A stretch of DNA of 64,000 bases from Octopus sinensis (lineage: Eukaryota), in assembly GCF_006345805.1 (NCBI RefSeq), contig NC_043005.1, positions 65,782,001-65,846,000 of the forward strand, read 5' to 3'. Shown here piece after piece: positions 48,794 through 63,373 of the stretch. The notes beneath the pieces are model-generated. The model was not told the origin of the DNA. It worked only from the letters and a program-made list of their open reading frames with translations, and searched no databases. A program made the translations under genes and the position numbers. The stretch's first letter is position 1. Each line of letters starts with the position of its first letter.

Positions 48794-49950
48794 CAGAGTG
48801 CCTCAACTATTTGAAGAGAAAATTATAATTTAAGGGAAACAAAAATATTTTTAAAAGAACCAATATATTTTTATAGAATTTGGTACACACATTTTAATAT
48901 GCACATAACAAAAGGTTATTCAATAAAAGCACCACCAACCTTGATACATTTCTCAAATTACTAACTGCATTGATTGGGTAATCTTTATTCAATTTCACCA
49001 TAACATCTCCAATAGCAGACATCAACAGGTCCTTGGTATTGTAGGCATGCTTGTTGATATTCCTCTCACCTACATCTCACAGACATAGCAGTCTAACAGT
49101 TTAAATCAGGAGAGCTAGGAGGCCAAATGTTAGGGGTAACATAATCCTGAAAATTTTCAACCATCTACTCTTGGGTTCTTCAGGCTGTATGGCCAGGAGT
49201 CTTGCTGGAACTTGTACTGCTTCCCTCAAGCAACTCTCTCGATCCAAACATTACCATAGTATTGATGTAGACAGTCACATTGACCCCCTAAGACGTTATA
49301 GGAACAGTGAGGAGGCATGCCATGGCCCTCATTACTCACAACCTCCAAGACCATCGTAGATGATGGAAATTTGGTGTGCATGACACTGGAAACTTCACTG
49401 AGGCTGGAGCAGAACCATCCATCATTCCTTCTGTTCATTTTTTGATCTTGAACAATGTTCTCATCTGAGACAAGCCAGGGGCTGTCAGGCTCTTCAGAGT
49501 GCTTGGATTTGTTTAGCAAGGACTTTGAATGAGTCACATGTTTCTCCTGGGTCTTATCAGACATGAACTACCCTTTTCACATTACATAGGACTTGTACCA
49601 GATGTCTTTGTGTACTACACATCTAATTGTTGACCCTGACACCTAGAGATGATAAATAATGCTCAATGCCTTGCTGAGATTCTTGTTGCTGAACAAACTC
49701 AATTTTATCTTATTGCTGCAAATGTTTTTTCTTTCAATCACAGACGATACATTCCCACATAAATGTGTAGGGTCCTTTCATCAATAACATTTACTGCTTC
49801 CACCAAGCAACTCTCTCAATCCAGGGCTTGACAACCATCTCCATTGTGTTGATGTAGACTGTCACATTGACCCAAAGATCCTATGGGAAAAAGTGAGGAG
49901 GTATGCCATGGCCCTCATTGCTCACAACTTCCATGACCATCACATCTTTT
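48794..49950 (-). mobile_element. Tc1/mariner-superfamily remnant, maT/DD37D-like
   Basis: MHTKFPSSTMVLEVVSNEGHGMPPH (ORF 49226..49564) and PNIWPPSSPDLN at about 49095-49135; TA-CAGAGTG end at 48792; second TIR not found. Confidence 0.7.
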
Positions 49951-51079
49951 CTGATTTTAAACACAAAAGATCTGATGATATTCAAGAAGGCTGCAAACTC
50001 AGAAAAACTGTGGTTAGTGGCTAAGGTAACAAGAACAGTTATTTGACAATATGAACTGCTGAGAATGGTTTCTTGACAAATGAATTTACATAATTTTACT
50101 TAACAAATTAATAATGGATTCATACATGAATTAAGCCACACTATTGAAATGCATGTGGTGATGATTTAAACTATACATTCGCTTTGCTTACTAAATGTTA
50201 TACCACATAATACTATGTAGCAATTTTGCCTTTGCTACATATACAGATTTGCAGGATACCCCGGGGCCAGTGAACAACTGTTTAATTGAATGGACTGCTG
50301 AATTGACCAGTTGAATTACTTGGAATTTTTCTGAGCCAAAGAGATGTGGAGGTGCATCTTAGTTAATTTGCTACAATCTATTTGATTCCCTCTGTATTTC
50401 TATAACTATATATGTATGTATTTGACTATCTTCGTTATTATTATCCTTTTAACATCTACTTTCCTATGCTTACACAGATCTGAGGGGACTGCGTTCAGGC
50501 AGAGTTTTTTTCCAGTCTGATGCCTTTCCTGATTTTTACCTTTTTTTCAGACAAAATAATAAATGTTCTAGTTTATTAAACAATGAACAGCTTGGACATA
50601 ATTTTATGGAGGACTGGAAACAAACAACACCCTTTGTATGACTGGAGAAGATTTGTTTACAAAAAGCAGCATACAACACTCCAAGAAGTCCAAGCAAGCA
50701 AACAATACTTTCTGTATCAACATATATATATATATATATATATCATCATCATCATCATTTAACGTCCATAATCCATGCTGACATGGGTTGGACAACTTGA
50801 CCAAGGCTGGTAAGCTGAGAGGCTGCACCAGATTCCAGTCTGATTTGGTATGGTTTCTACAGCTGGATGCCTTTTCCTAATGTCAACCACTCTGGGAGTG
50901 TACTGGGTGCTTTTATGCGCCACCGACATGGGTACCAATTGTGTGACACCAGTATCTGCCACGACTGCAATTTCACTCAGCTTGATGGATCTTCCTTCTC
51001 CAGTTCAGCATATTGCCAAAGGTCTCAGTTGAGAGAGATTGATTGATAAATATTCATGACTTTATAATCATTTGTATTA

Positions 51080-51740
51080 CCTGTACTGACCAGACTATTG
51101 GCTGCTATTATACACCACTGGTCTTGATGATTGTATCATTCTTTTTACATCTTGGCCCAAATTGTCTTCCCATCATTGTGGAAGCTTTCTGAGTAGCCTT
51201 TTCTGATCTCTCGGATACCACTCAGCAACTGCACATGTCTACCTGTTGTCCATAAACCTTTTGACTTGTCCAGTCTAGTGGAACTTATGCTTTTGATATT
51301 CTGCAATCACATCATTCACTCTGCCACATTCTTGAATTGCTTATACTTTCACAATATTCCTAACCTGTATCTTTCTATGGCTCTTTGTATTGTTACAAAT
51401 CAATGTTCTACCCTCTTTGTTTTAGCCTATGTCTCACTTGTCTATAAGAGCACATGAAGAGACTGGCACAAAGAGTCTTGTACAGCTTTGTTTTGAGCAC
51501 ATTTTTTATCAAGGTAAATGCCCTCCATCTTGCCCTTATTCTCCTTGAGATTTCAACATCCATGTCTTGGTACATATTCAATGTATGCTTCAAGTAGATG
51601 TACTCCTTTACCTCCTCTATTCAGCTTTGTGTTACGTCTTTGTACTACTTATATTTTGTTTCTATGTAGTCCATTTTAAAGCCTGCTGCTGAGTTATGGT
51701 GTTCAGCATTCTCAGTATGATCTGCAGTGAATCTGTGGTT
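51080..51740 (-). mobile_element. Decayed RTE LINE C-terminal fragment
   Basis: EISRRIRARWRAF (ORF 51408..51593) and downstream W.P..GKRS.GRP-like remnants. Confidence 0.6.
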
Positions 51741-52419
51741 TCAGCTATGAGTACATATATGACAAAGATATAAGAAGGTTTACTGAGAGTAATGTAAAAG
51801 AGGGCATAATTTTTATATTAACTGATGGGTCATTTAAATTGCACATGTATGCAAAGGTACTATAGTCTTCACAAATAATGCATTTGCATTTCTGAATCCA
51901 ACTCATGAATAATCTTAGAAAAAAATTCAAATGTGCACTGTTTTATCCTCTTCACAACCACTTTCACCTCATGTGTAAGAACAACACATGTTTCTGTAAA
52001 GTAACTGGCAAGATTACACAATTGTAGGGTGTAAATTCTGCAGCCATATTAATTTACTGCATTGGTGTTTTGGCAAAAAATGCAAATCATAATATTAAGT
52101 TTGCTCAATAGATATGCTTGTTATGCAAATTAACTCAACATCAATAGAGTAGCAGAATACAGGGCGAAATATTGTTATGTAGTAAGATGGAGTAAATTGA
52201 AAAGTTGATGCAAAAAGGGTGGTGGAGGCCATACCTACACTTACATATTTAGAGATTAACATACATATTCACAGCCATTGACATATACAATAGAAAGAAA
52301 AAAAGTGAAGAGATAATCCCTGGAGCAATGTAGACTCAATGGTAGGGACAACAACAGAAGCAACAGCAATGACAATAATAACAGCAAAAGTATCAACTAC
52401 AGTATGAAGACCTACTGTC

Positions 52420-52620
52420 ATATATCAGTGGTGTAGTTTCGGAGGATTTCGGAAAGCATGAGAGCCTTAAAGGATGCAGTGTCATGGCAGTCAACAACTG
52501 ACGCAGGCAGTTTGTTCCATGCTTCAGCAACTCTGAGTGTGAAAAAATGTTTCCGAAAGTCATGGGAGCTGTGTTGTTTTCTGACTTTGTAGGCATGTTC
52601 ACGTGTGGACATGCCTATAA
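52420..52620 (-). mobile_element. Second, shorter copy of the same CR1-like 3' end
   Basis: ORF 52418..52612 closely matches 12057..12341. Confidence 0.8.
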
Positions 52621-54248
52621 TATATTAACTTCAAATTACTTGCTCTCAGATGGACAGACATAGTGGGTGGTTGTAAAATTTTCCATAGTTTGTAGTGAGT
52701 GACACATAGTGTGCCATTCACTTCCTCACTCTTTCGTTTTAATGTATCCACCAAACCCACATATGGTTGCCAACTCACACCCATGAATACTATACCAGGC
52801 CTAAACATCTAAGCATAGGTGCATGTACATACACACACACACATGTTCAATAATGCATCTATGCTCACATAGTGGTACATACACACTTGTACAATTTCCC
52901 CTTCCTTTCCATCATACTGTGTGGCAATCAAACATCTTTAGTTACTAATACTCTATCACAAGGGCAGCAAGCTGGCAGAAACGTTAGCACGCTGGACGAA
53001 ATGCGTAGCCGTATTTTGTCTGCCTGTTACGTTCTGGGTTCAATTTCCGCTGAGGTCAACTTTACCTTCATCCTTCCGGGGTCGATAAATTAAGTACCAG
53101 TTACACACTAGGGTCAATGTAATCGACTTAATCCATTTGTCTGTCCTGTTTGTCCCCTTGTGGGTAGTAAAGAAATATAATACTCTTCTACCATGTTGGT
53201 GCATATAACTACTGTTGCATATGAGCATATACATTTGTACTCATATACATGAAGGTATGTTATCCAAGTATTTTAATTTTCTAGAAGTCATCCTTGCTTC
53301 AAATGAAGTGGAGGTTTATAAGGAAAGGTGAAGGGAACATTTTTTAACAGCATGTATTTGACTTACCATCTAAATGTATATATATTAGAATAGCATTGCA
53401 ACGTAACATATGACACAATTAAACAATGTATGTAGCAAATATACATTAATAAAAAAAACAGGGAATAATAACAATAAAGATACATTTTAACTTAAGTCAC
53501 ATGACCTTGTAAAGCATGTCTTTCCTCACTGCCTGCAGGTGACTGAAGCTACTGTGATGTAGGTACCACTGTGTAACTGAAGTGGTCTAAACATTGCCAG
53601 ATGTTTATTTTTCAAAATTATGCCTATTAGTTATACTGTTATTGTCTATCTAAATATAGTAATTAATAGTAATAATAAAAGACAATAGTCAAATATGAGT
53701 ATAATGGTAATATGCAATAATCTATTTTGTGCAGAAACTGTACATGATAGGATAATGTCTTTGTCAAATTTGAAATCAACAGGTAAAAATTGATCAATTT
53801 CATTCAATAAGTATGAAATAATTTTTTTGGTTGCCTACATGTGTTATCATGCAATATCAAAGCAAGAAAATAGTAACACACACATGATGCACTTCTTTCA
53901 GTTTATATCAACCAAATCCACTCACAAGGTTTTGTTTGGTCCAGGGTTGCAGTAGACAATACTTGCCCAAAGTGTCATGCAATGGGATTGAACCTAAAGT
54001 CAATGTGGTTGGGAAGCAAACTTCTTACCACACAGCCATGCTTGTGCAAATATGTGTATATATGTTTACACACACACATTTGTGTGTGTGTGTATATATT
54101 GTCCAAAATACCATGTTGTGGGACTGAACCAAAGCATTTCCTTGGAAAGCAAACTTTGTAACCACACAGTCATGCATGCACCAACCAATGCCTATGCCTC
54201 ATTACTTTGATGTTATCCTTCTTTTACCATGTCTGAATACTTTGAAGT

Positions 54249-54279
<31 letters not shown>

Positions 54280-56379
54280 CATTATTTCTACATATATTAT
54301 TTTTTGAACTTTCTTTTCTTTTTTTTCTTTCAGAACCCTATTCATTTCCATTTATCTCACTTTCTCCTATTTCTCCTCTTCTTTCAGATTTTTCTTTCTG
54401 TCAATATAACTTCTCTTTTCCAATTTTTTCTAATACACCTATTCCTTTGACGTTCTCTTCCTTTCAGTTTTTCTTTTCTTTCAACAATACTTCTTCAAGA
54501 CATAAGCAATGTCATCAAACCTTGACTAATTTTAATTGTTGGGTAAAATTTGGTAAATGAGGAAATAAGTAATGGCCTGTATTGACAACAGTTAAGAGAG
54601 TTCCTAGAAGTGTTTGATAAAAAATTTAACTGCTATGCAGAGTGAAGAATCTGTTTCAGACATTTATCCATTTTAGAGTAAGGAAGAGTTATGGTTTTGC
54701 TTTGGTTGCAAAAAAGACAAAAACTCAGGTCAGTCACAGAGGAAGTAGTTACTGTTCAAGTGAAAAGGAGAAGGTGGAGAAAAAAAAAAGTTAAAGGAGA
54801 GATAAACAAATTGCATATCCAGCATGCATTCAGAAAAGTTTTTGTTTGTTTGTAACTGAGAGGATAACAGGAAAAATTAGAGAGAAAAGTGGTGTAAGGT
54901 AGAGAATGAAAAAAGAGGGGGAAAGAACTAAATGAGAGATAAAGGAAAGTCAAGGAGGAGATAAGATAAAGAAGACATGGGAATTGGTGTTTTAGGGAAG
55001 TGGGAAACAAAGAGTATGACTACAAAAAATAAAGTAGCTGAAGGAACTGCTAAAGTAAGAAAGGCAGAAATATTGGCCAATAGTTTATATTTATTATTAC
55101 CTTTGTTGCTGATGAACAAGTTGATGGATGCATATGTACTACAACATGCATGCTTATAAATACATTCAATATTTATACAAAAAAATCTAGGAAAATCTAA
55201 ATAGCAGGAATAGAGAAGAAGAGGGTACAGGAAATGAGCTTGGGAAGGAGGAGGATGGCATGAAAGTAGAATAAACGAAAGCAGATTTAGAAGAGGTTCT
55301 AGAGTGAAGATAAGAAGCTTTGCCTAATTTTTGGTTTTCATTTCAGCCATATAGTTTAAACCATGGATGAAAGGTGGTCAATAGAATAGCAGGGTTACAG
55401 GGTGTTATTACAAACATCAAAGAGATATTTCCAGCAATGGTCACCCAAATACTAATGTCTCTCCTATGAGCACTACATTGCAGAGACTGAAAGCTGTGCT
55501 GTGTAGTATATTAAGTACAGTCAACATGGTCAGTTACATTGACCATAAACTTGGATGCTTGTTAAAAGTGTGCTTAGCATATGACATTGGGGTCAAAAGT
55601 AAGAGTTCCCTCTTCCTCATGGCCAACTAATTTCTCCCATTTTTTAATTAGATTACTGTCAGGTTTGGATTATAATACTATCAACCTATATTATCATAGT
55701 ATGTTTTCATTCTAGTACTATCAGCTTATACATAGAAACATATACCCACACATACATATAAACATATATATATATATATATATACATCTATATGCAGGCT
55801 TCTTTCAGTTTCCGTCTACCAAATCCACTCACAAGGCTTTGGTTGGCCCGAGGTGCCCAAGGTGCCATGCTGTGGGATCTATATATAGATATAAAAAAAA
55901 AATCCCCCTGTGTTATGTGAGCGATGTGTCCCTGAAAAACTTTAACATAAAAATTTTATTTTCCCATTGATTTTTATGTTGTAAAATGATAACACATTCT
56001 AATAGAGATTTTTGAAAGAAAAAAAACACAGTAAAGGAAAAAAACAACAAAAAACAATACAGCTGCTTTTACACATGAAAATAACAATTTCTAAACATAC
56101 ACAGTACAATATTTATGTGTAAAAACATTTGAAGTGAAATTCCTTTGGGGAGTAAATAGGAATTGTTATATTGTAGTATGGTACATGCTTACCACAAAAA
56201 ATGTTGACTACTATGTAAGAGGTGGCAGTGAAATAAGTGTTTTGGGGAGGATACAGAACAATATCTTCTATCTTATAGCTCATCATCATCATTATCAACA
56301 AAATTGTTCATTGTCTATGGTGAATCATCTCTTTGTACAGTTGAGTGCAGGAACTGAGTTCATTGTAAACTTCTTATGT

Positions 56380-57070
56380 AATTTTTATGCTATGTTCATG
56401 ATTAGGGTTGTTATCAGCAAAAACTTGCAGACCTTCTTATATAAGTGCCAACTCTTTAGCAATATTCTTTGCAGCCTACTTAAATGTAGTGGTGGAATTT
56501 ATTATTCTCGGCTTGCTTTTGTTTTTACAACATCTGCTCATCATCAAATAAACTAGCAAATCAAACCCATCATTGCCTATGACTTCTTTAAATCCTACAT
56601 CATTTACAAGTGTCACAATATCTTTCTGAATTTCATGTAGATTTTCTACTTGAGGGAAACTAGTAAAGTCATGGATAAAATTGAAATACACACCAAAGAA
56701 TCAGTTCATTTTAAGCTTCATATTAGGTTTATGAAAAAATAAGGGCTGAGCAGTTGATGGAGTAATGGTAAGTTGCCTACATTTTCTTTCTACTGTTACA
56801 CATTCTTCCCTCTGTAGACATTTCAAGCTTTAATCTGTTGGCAACATAACTGATTTTTTTTCTTCTATGACAAGCCTTTTGAAGTTTATTCCTTTTGCCT
56901 GAGACTGCCCCTGGTTTTAGGATATAAACTCCGTTTTTAAGGTAATTTAAATTAAAATAATTGAAACAAAGGTAACGTATTTCATCACAAATATGATAAT
57001 AAAGGTGTTTACTGTCCTTTTCAACACTACAGATTGCAGTTCTTTTTAATGGCTTCTTACCAGACATGAA
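56380..57070 (-). mobile_element. Second Tigger-like remnant, internally deleted
   Basis: Similar to 21430..21670 (KDIVT..DVGF.E..); N-terminal HTH-like stretch in ORF 56777..57067. Confidence 0.55.
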
Positions 57071-57869
57071 TTGTAGATAAATCCAGTATCATTGGCGATC
57101 AACAATCATCCACAACAAATATACAGTAGTAAAATAGCACCAGATAAGAAAGGCTCAGTGAAAGCAAAAAAATTGTTTTATTCACATGGGAATAAGATGA
57201 TAAAAAGATGAAAGAGTGAGGTGGGAGGAAATACTGTATGTTAACAGTTAGTAGAAGGGTTATCAGGTCCTTGGCATTTTGCTCCTTGCACCTCTAACTT
57301 GAGTCACAATAACCTCACACATACAAGATACATAGCTACTGACATTGCTATCATGCTGATATTATTGCAGTTATCTAAAAGCTGGTGGGTTGGAAGTGGT
57401 GGTTGTGTTGCTTGCACTGGTTTTGTGCTGGTGAGGAAAGAAATGTTTTTGTTGCTGACGGTGGTGGTCATATTGTCCTTGATAATTATATTGTTGTTGC
57501 TGTTTAGTTTTAGGTCAATCCTCATTGACCGAATATCAAAACATTTTGTTCAGCATTTTTCCCAGCTTGAGCCACTGATCTAATTCATACTTTTGTTGCT
57601 GTTGTTTTGGGTTACTAAGGAGTGGCTGGGTTGACAATGACAGTGGTGAAGGTTAATACATATTTATACATATGTGCAGCAGTTGGCTGGAGAGAGAGAG
57701 AGAGAGAGAGATCTGAAATAAGGACAGAAACAAGTGTACTGCCATAAAGATCATGGTTACCAAACCTGAGGGAAGTGCAGGGGAAGGAGAGAGAGAGTGA
57801 GAGAGAGACATCAGGATAAAGTGCCAGGCACACTCACAAGGAATGAGGATCAGAATATAAATGGGATGG

Positions 57870-59178
57870 TTTATATTCCCTTGAGATTTGAAGATCTTAA
57901 TATAAGTGGTAGGATACTGCCAAAGATGTGTGAATAGAGAATGGGGAGGGGAAATGAGTGGTGAAAACCTGGGTATACAGAGTGGCGTGGCAGGGGGCTA
58001 CTGGATAGTGATGATACAGAAAAACAGGGCCATGAGGACAGGAATGGTGAGTGAGAGGTAGGCATAGTACATGAAGGAAGAAATGGGAAATGTGAGTAAG
58101 AGAAGAGTTGTAGAGATGCAGATTGGTTTGTTGGGTTAGGGTGTGTGAAAAGTTTTCTTGTTACATATGGGTGGAACATGCAGATTGGGGGCTAGCAGAT
58201 AGCAATGATAGAGTTGAGACAGGGCCAAAAGGACAGGATTGGGGAGTGAGAAGTAAGCATATATATATATGAAGGAATCTGGGGTAGAAGTAGACCCAGG
58301 AAGACATGGGATGAGGTGGTCAAGCATGACCTTCAAACGTTGGGTCTCACAGAGGCAATGACGGAAGACCGAGACATCTGGAGATATGCTGTGACTGCGA
58401 AGACCCGACAAATAATGTGAGTTCAAGGCTGTTTCCTGTACTAGCTTCACATAGAAGCCCCAGCCCTTCCAAAGTGCCTTGGATCGCAGGACGGCCTGCT
58501 GTACTTACCTTGGATCGTAGGGCGACCTGCTGTGCTTGAGGAGACCTATTGTGTCAAGTACATCAGCATCAAAAAATCAAATGGAAATTGTAGTTGCGAT
58601 ACCTGTGCTGGTGGCATGTAAAATGCACCATCCATACATGGCCGATGCCAGCACCGCCTTGACTGGCTTCCATGCGGTGGCACGTAAGAAGCACCAACTG
58701 TTCGTGGCCGTTGCCAGCCTACCCTGGCGCCTGTGCTGGTGGCACCTAAAAAGCACCATCCGTACGTGGCCGATGCCAGCGCTGCCTTGACTGGCTTCCA
58801 TGCTGGTGGCACGCAAAAGGCACCAACCAATCGTGGCTGTTGCCAGCCTACCCTGGCACCTGTGCTGGTGGCACGTAAAAAGCACCATCTATATGTGGCC
58901 GATGCTAGCGTCGCCTTGACTGGCTTCCATGTCGGTGGCACGTAAAATCCACCAACTGATCGTGGCCGTTGCCAGCCTCCCCTGGCACCTGTGCTGGTGG
59001 CATGTAAAAAGCACCCACTACACTCACAGAGTGGTTGGCGTTAGGAAGGGCATCCAGCTGTAGAAACACTGCCAGATCAGACTGGAGCCTGGTGCAGCCT
59101 CCTGGCTTCCCAGACCCCGGTTGAACCGTCCAATCCATGCTAGCATGGAAACCAGACGTTAAACGATGATGATGATAT
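57870..59178 (+). mobile_element. RTE LINE 3' end with long 3' UTR, 129-bp tandem array and (GAT)n tail
   Basis: GRPRKTWDEVVK.DLQTLGLTEAMT.DRDIWRYAV coding end at about 58290..58430; tail at 59164..59178. Confidence 0.8.
58602..59030 (+). repeat. About 129-bp tandem repeat (3.3 copies), each unit a dimer of GTGGCACGTAAAAAGCACC-headed subunits
   Basis: CCTGTGCTGGTGGCA starts at 58602, 58730, 58859 and 58988. Confidence 0.9.
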
Positions 59179-59179
59179 A

Positions 59180-59273
59180 TATTATATATATATACATACA
59201 TCTATAACATATATATATATACATAATATACACCACACACACACACACACCACACACACATATATATATATAC

Positions 59274-59316
<43 letters not shown>

Positions 59317-59383
59317 ATATATATACATACATACATACACACACACATACATACATACAGAGAGAGAGAGAGAGAGAGAGAGA
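59180..59383. repeat. Compound (TA)/(CA)/(TACA)/(GA) microsatellite after the (GAT)n tail
   Basis: Read directly from the sequence. Confidence 0.95.
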
Positions 59384-61211
59384 TTGAAAGATACTCATGG
59401 TGGCCCAAGAAAATATACATGAACACATAAAATTCAGTGAAAAAATTCCAGCTGAATCTTACATCTTTTTGAGGTAATATAGCACAGAAAAATAGGAATA
59501 AATTCATTGAATTTTAGCAAAAGATTATTGAAAATTAAAGCAATGTGACATTAAAAGATTGAAAAAATTTTTTTTTTAAATTTTCATAGTTATTCCCTTG
59601 GAGATTTTTTTCTTTTTTCAAGAGCACAGATACATAACAGAAAACAGAGAAAAGGGTTAAATTCAGAGAACTGTAGATGACTGAGAAAGAAAAATGAATA
59701 GTTCTTAAGGCATAGGAGTAGCTGTGTGGTAAGTAGCTTGCTTACCAACCACATGATTCCGGGTTCAATCCCACATCATAGCACCTTGGGCAAATGTCTT
59801 CTACTATAGCCTCAGGCCGACCAAAGCCTTGTGAGTGGATTTGGTAGACGGAAACTGAAAGAAGCCCGTCGCATATATGTATATATATATATGTGTGTGT
59901 GTATGTTTGTGTGTCTGTGTTTGTCCTTCCAACATCGCTTGACAACCGATGCTGGTGTGTTTACGTCCTCGTAACTTAGTAGTTCGGCAGAATAGACCGA
60001 TAGAATAAGTACTAGGCATACAAAGAATAAGTCCTTGGATCAATTTGCTCGACTAAAGGCGGTGCTCCAGCATGGCCACAGTCAAATGACTGAAACAAAT
60101 ATAAGAGTAAAAGAGTAATGTACTTAAAAAAATATTTTCAAGTGGAAAAGTCATAAACAATATGGAGTGAAATAAATTTGTTTTTATAAATTACTTTTTT
60201 ATTATCTTTAAAAAAAAAGAAAAAAACTCAGATCACTCTGATCATCAATATATGTGTTTTATTTAAGAAATCAGAAGATGGATTATACATAAAATTGATA
60301 TAGTTCATGACAGCAAATAATCTTAGTCTTTCAACTGAGCAACTGTCTATAACCCAGCATGGAGGCACATATGGTCAGGTGAGAATGTTTGGATTTATGT
60401 GGAAAGGAACTATAAATAGCATGAATGCAGATTCCTTTTGATATTATAGCACAGTTTATACTGGATAAAAGTAGAATAAAATTACCTTAAAAGTACATAA
60501 GGCTATGTTCAGTACAATACCTTTTCATTGCTTTAGATAATCTGAAGAAACATTCAATACAGTAATAAACTACTAAATGAAATAAACAGGAATATTTCTT
60601 TTTGTATATGCAGAAAGTGTTTAAATGTATTTTGGACAATTAACTATTGCAGCAATGAATAACTGGAAGAAACTGTATTGCCTTATAATTGTGCATGTGA
60701 AGTATGTATATTGTATTTTATTCTTTGTGTAATTGATTATCTTTTCACACAACTCATACCTGGATCAGCATATGATATATTAACTAGAAATAGGAGGCCA
60801 TGTACTTAATATCCCAATAGCTTGCCTAAAATGCTTACTTTGCTTTAGAACCTCTGATAAAAAAAATTGTAAATTCTCAGCTTCAAGAGCAGACTGAAAA
60901 AACACGAATGTAATAAAATTAGTTTTGAGAGGCAGTTAGATATACTTAGTGGAGGAGAATGAAAGCAACAGGGAAGGGTATAAAAATTTTGCATCACTGA
61001 GAGAGATAGAGTAGACGTATTTTACATTTCCTGCACTATTTATAGCAATAATATAAACATATGCATTTATTTTTATAAAACATTATTTGAGTGTACTTTA
61101 TCATTTTTTTTATATACATCCTATTTTGATATCCAAGGTATGCCACTGACACATATATAAAAGTAACTTTTACAGTGTAAACTTCTCCCACACAAATGAT
61201 CCTTATAGGTA

Positions 61212-61431
61212 TCATGAAAACAAAGTCCACATGGCAATGAAGACATTTGCCAACAATATTATTGTGCCATATATCAGAATGACAGAATAGATGGCATTTC
61301 GCACTTCAACATTAGGAATGATTGGCCGAAGACAAAACTCAATAAAAGCACGGCATATCCACTGTCCATCAAGGGCATAACATGGAATCACATTGATGAT
61401 GACCAAAGCACCAGATAAAGAGATCAAATAT
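61212..61431 (-). CDS. MBTPS2: Site-2 protease, last coding exon: (K)YLISLSGALVIINVIPCYALDGQWICRAF...LANVFIAMWTLFS*
   Basis: NxxPxxxLDG zinc-ligand motif of S2P/M50 proteases and a C-terminal TM helix; TTCTTACAG acceptor; TGA at 61214-61212. Confidence 0.93.
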
Positions 61432-61849
61432 CTGTAAGAAAACAGTTAAGGAAGCAAAGACATTTATTGAAAATTAATTTCACACATCCATTTAATTGTT
61501 AGAAGATAAGCAAAAGTTGTACATTTCAGATTCATTTATTGATTAGATAGATTACAACAAAAGCACCAGAAACTGCATCCTATACTTCTAATGGTCAGCT
61601 ATATATAGGAAACTATACAGGACATATTCATTTGGTACATCACAAGTAACCAGCAAAAAATAAATAAATAGGTGCAGAAGTGGTTGCATGGTAAGAAGCT
61701 TGCTTTTCAACCACATGGTTCTAAGTTCAGTCTCACTGTGTAGCACCTTGGGCAAGTGTCTACTACTATAGTATCACTTAAGCATACCTATATTACAAAA
61801 GTAGGGAAGTACTCAACATCTAAGCACTTTTGTCGTCTTTAGACTGATA

Positions 61850-62700
61850 GTTAGGGTGAATCTCTGACAGTTCTTGTGAGTCTGTCTATAAGGCATTGCT
61901 GTTACTCCTCCAGATGTATTGCCAGTGACCACATCAAATGCAAACAGTATATCAATGATGAGTATTTCACATACTTTGGTTTATGCCGTCAATCAGAATA
62001 GACTGAGCAGTTTCCATTCTGAGAAAGAACCATCAGAGTGAATGTCTCTTATGACTGAACAATCCTGAGTAAACTTGGAAGGCACCCAATATTGATAACA
62101 ATACAGAAGAGGCCATCTCTACTAACAATGCTGAAGGTCTTTGTGAGTTCAATGAAAGCAATGTAGACTGATTGCCTTTGCTCTTTGCATTTATCTTGTA
62201 ATTATGGAATGCTCTGGCCTGAAGCCCCACTGAGACTCAAGACATACTTTTTCAGCAATTTTCTTTTATCTGTTTAAGGCCATATGAGCAAAGACCTTTC
62301 CAATGATACTCAACAAGGAGATCCCTCTGTACTTGTTGCAATCACTTCTATCTTCTTTGTTTTTGTACAAGCTGACAATACTGAAGTCTCTCATTTTCTG
62401 TGGCACTCTTCCCTCTTTTTCAGCACTTGCTCAGTTCTTTGTGTAGATGGTGCAACAGGACACCTTTTCAACACCTGATGGCCTCTGGTGGAACTTTATC
62501 AAATCCTGATACTTTTCCAATAAGGAAGACAGAGGCTTTATTCAGCTCTTCAGCGATTGGTAATACATAAAGTTTCTTTATTACAAGACACAGGTATTTC
62601 CCTGTATCTAGTGTACTGTCCAAAATAGTGCTTATTGTAAAGTAGAGTTCAGAGTAATCTACTACTCATCTTTCTATCTGCTTGCCTGTCTTTGATGGTT
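61850..62700 (-). mobile_element. Decayed RTE LINE RT fragment in the MBTPS2 intron
   Basis: GKVFAHMALNR..AEKVCLESQWGFRPEHS read on the minus strand at about 62200..62300. Confidence 0.65.
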
Positions 62701-63158
62701 TTGCTTACTACAGTTTACAGTTGTGCTGTCTTGCTCATGGTTGGGCCAATGGCTTTTTTTTTATCCCATCCATACACTCTGTGGATATCACCTGTGTTAA
62801 ATGATAGAATATTTTTGTAAAATTGTAGCTATAGTCATTTGCCCAGGGTCCACAAAACTGCTTAACACAAAAAATCATGACAGCTTCAACACTAAGAGTA
62901 ACAGAAAAAAAAATCAATAAAAAAAGATTCACTTTAGATATACTCTTCACTCCTTAATATCAACAAGATACACTATATTCACCTTTTGACATGCACTGCA
63001 GTAGTAGTAGCTTCCATTTCGTATTGTGACACATAGTGCAGTCTCCACATTTTCATATGCATTGTAGGTGCAACTTTTACATTTCAATATGTACTGAAGG
63101 TATAGCTGTCATCCGCCAACATGTACTACAAATGTAAACTTCGTCCTTTGACATTTAA

Positions 63159-63373
63159 CCCATTTGTTACCAACCTGGCTGAAACTGGCTCTGTAATACA
63201 AATGTCTTGTTTTCATAAGTTTTTAATCAAAATCTTCCACCAAACCTTAGTGACAATTTATGTTCCTAACACTAGCTTAATGATAACTAAGTTATTTTAC
63301 TAAATTCTTTGTTATATTTAAAATAATTGAAAGAAACACAGAGCTTCTCAAAATAAATATGGTAACAAAAGGG
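63159..63373 (+). mobile_element. piggyBac-type MITE, same family as 7967..8187, in the last MBTPS2 intron
   Basis: TTAA-CCCATTTGTTAC...GTAACAAAAGGG-TTAA with the same interior. Confidence 0.9.

Noticed and set aside
57299-57583. Hydrophobic 94-aa ORF as a membrane protein
   Set aside because: It arises from (TTG/GTG)-rich low-complexity sequence, with no splice context or family motif.
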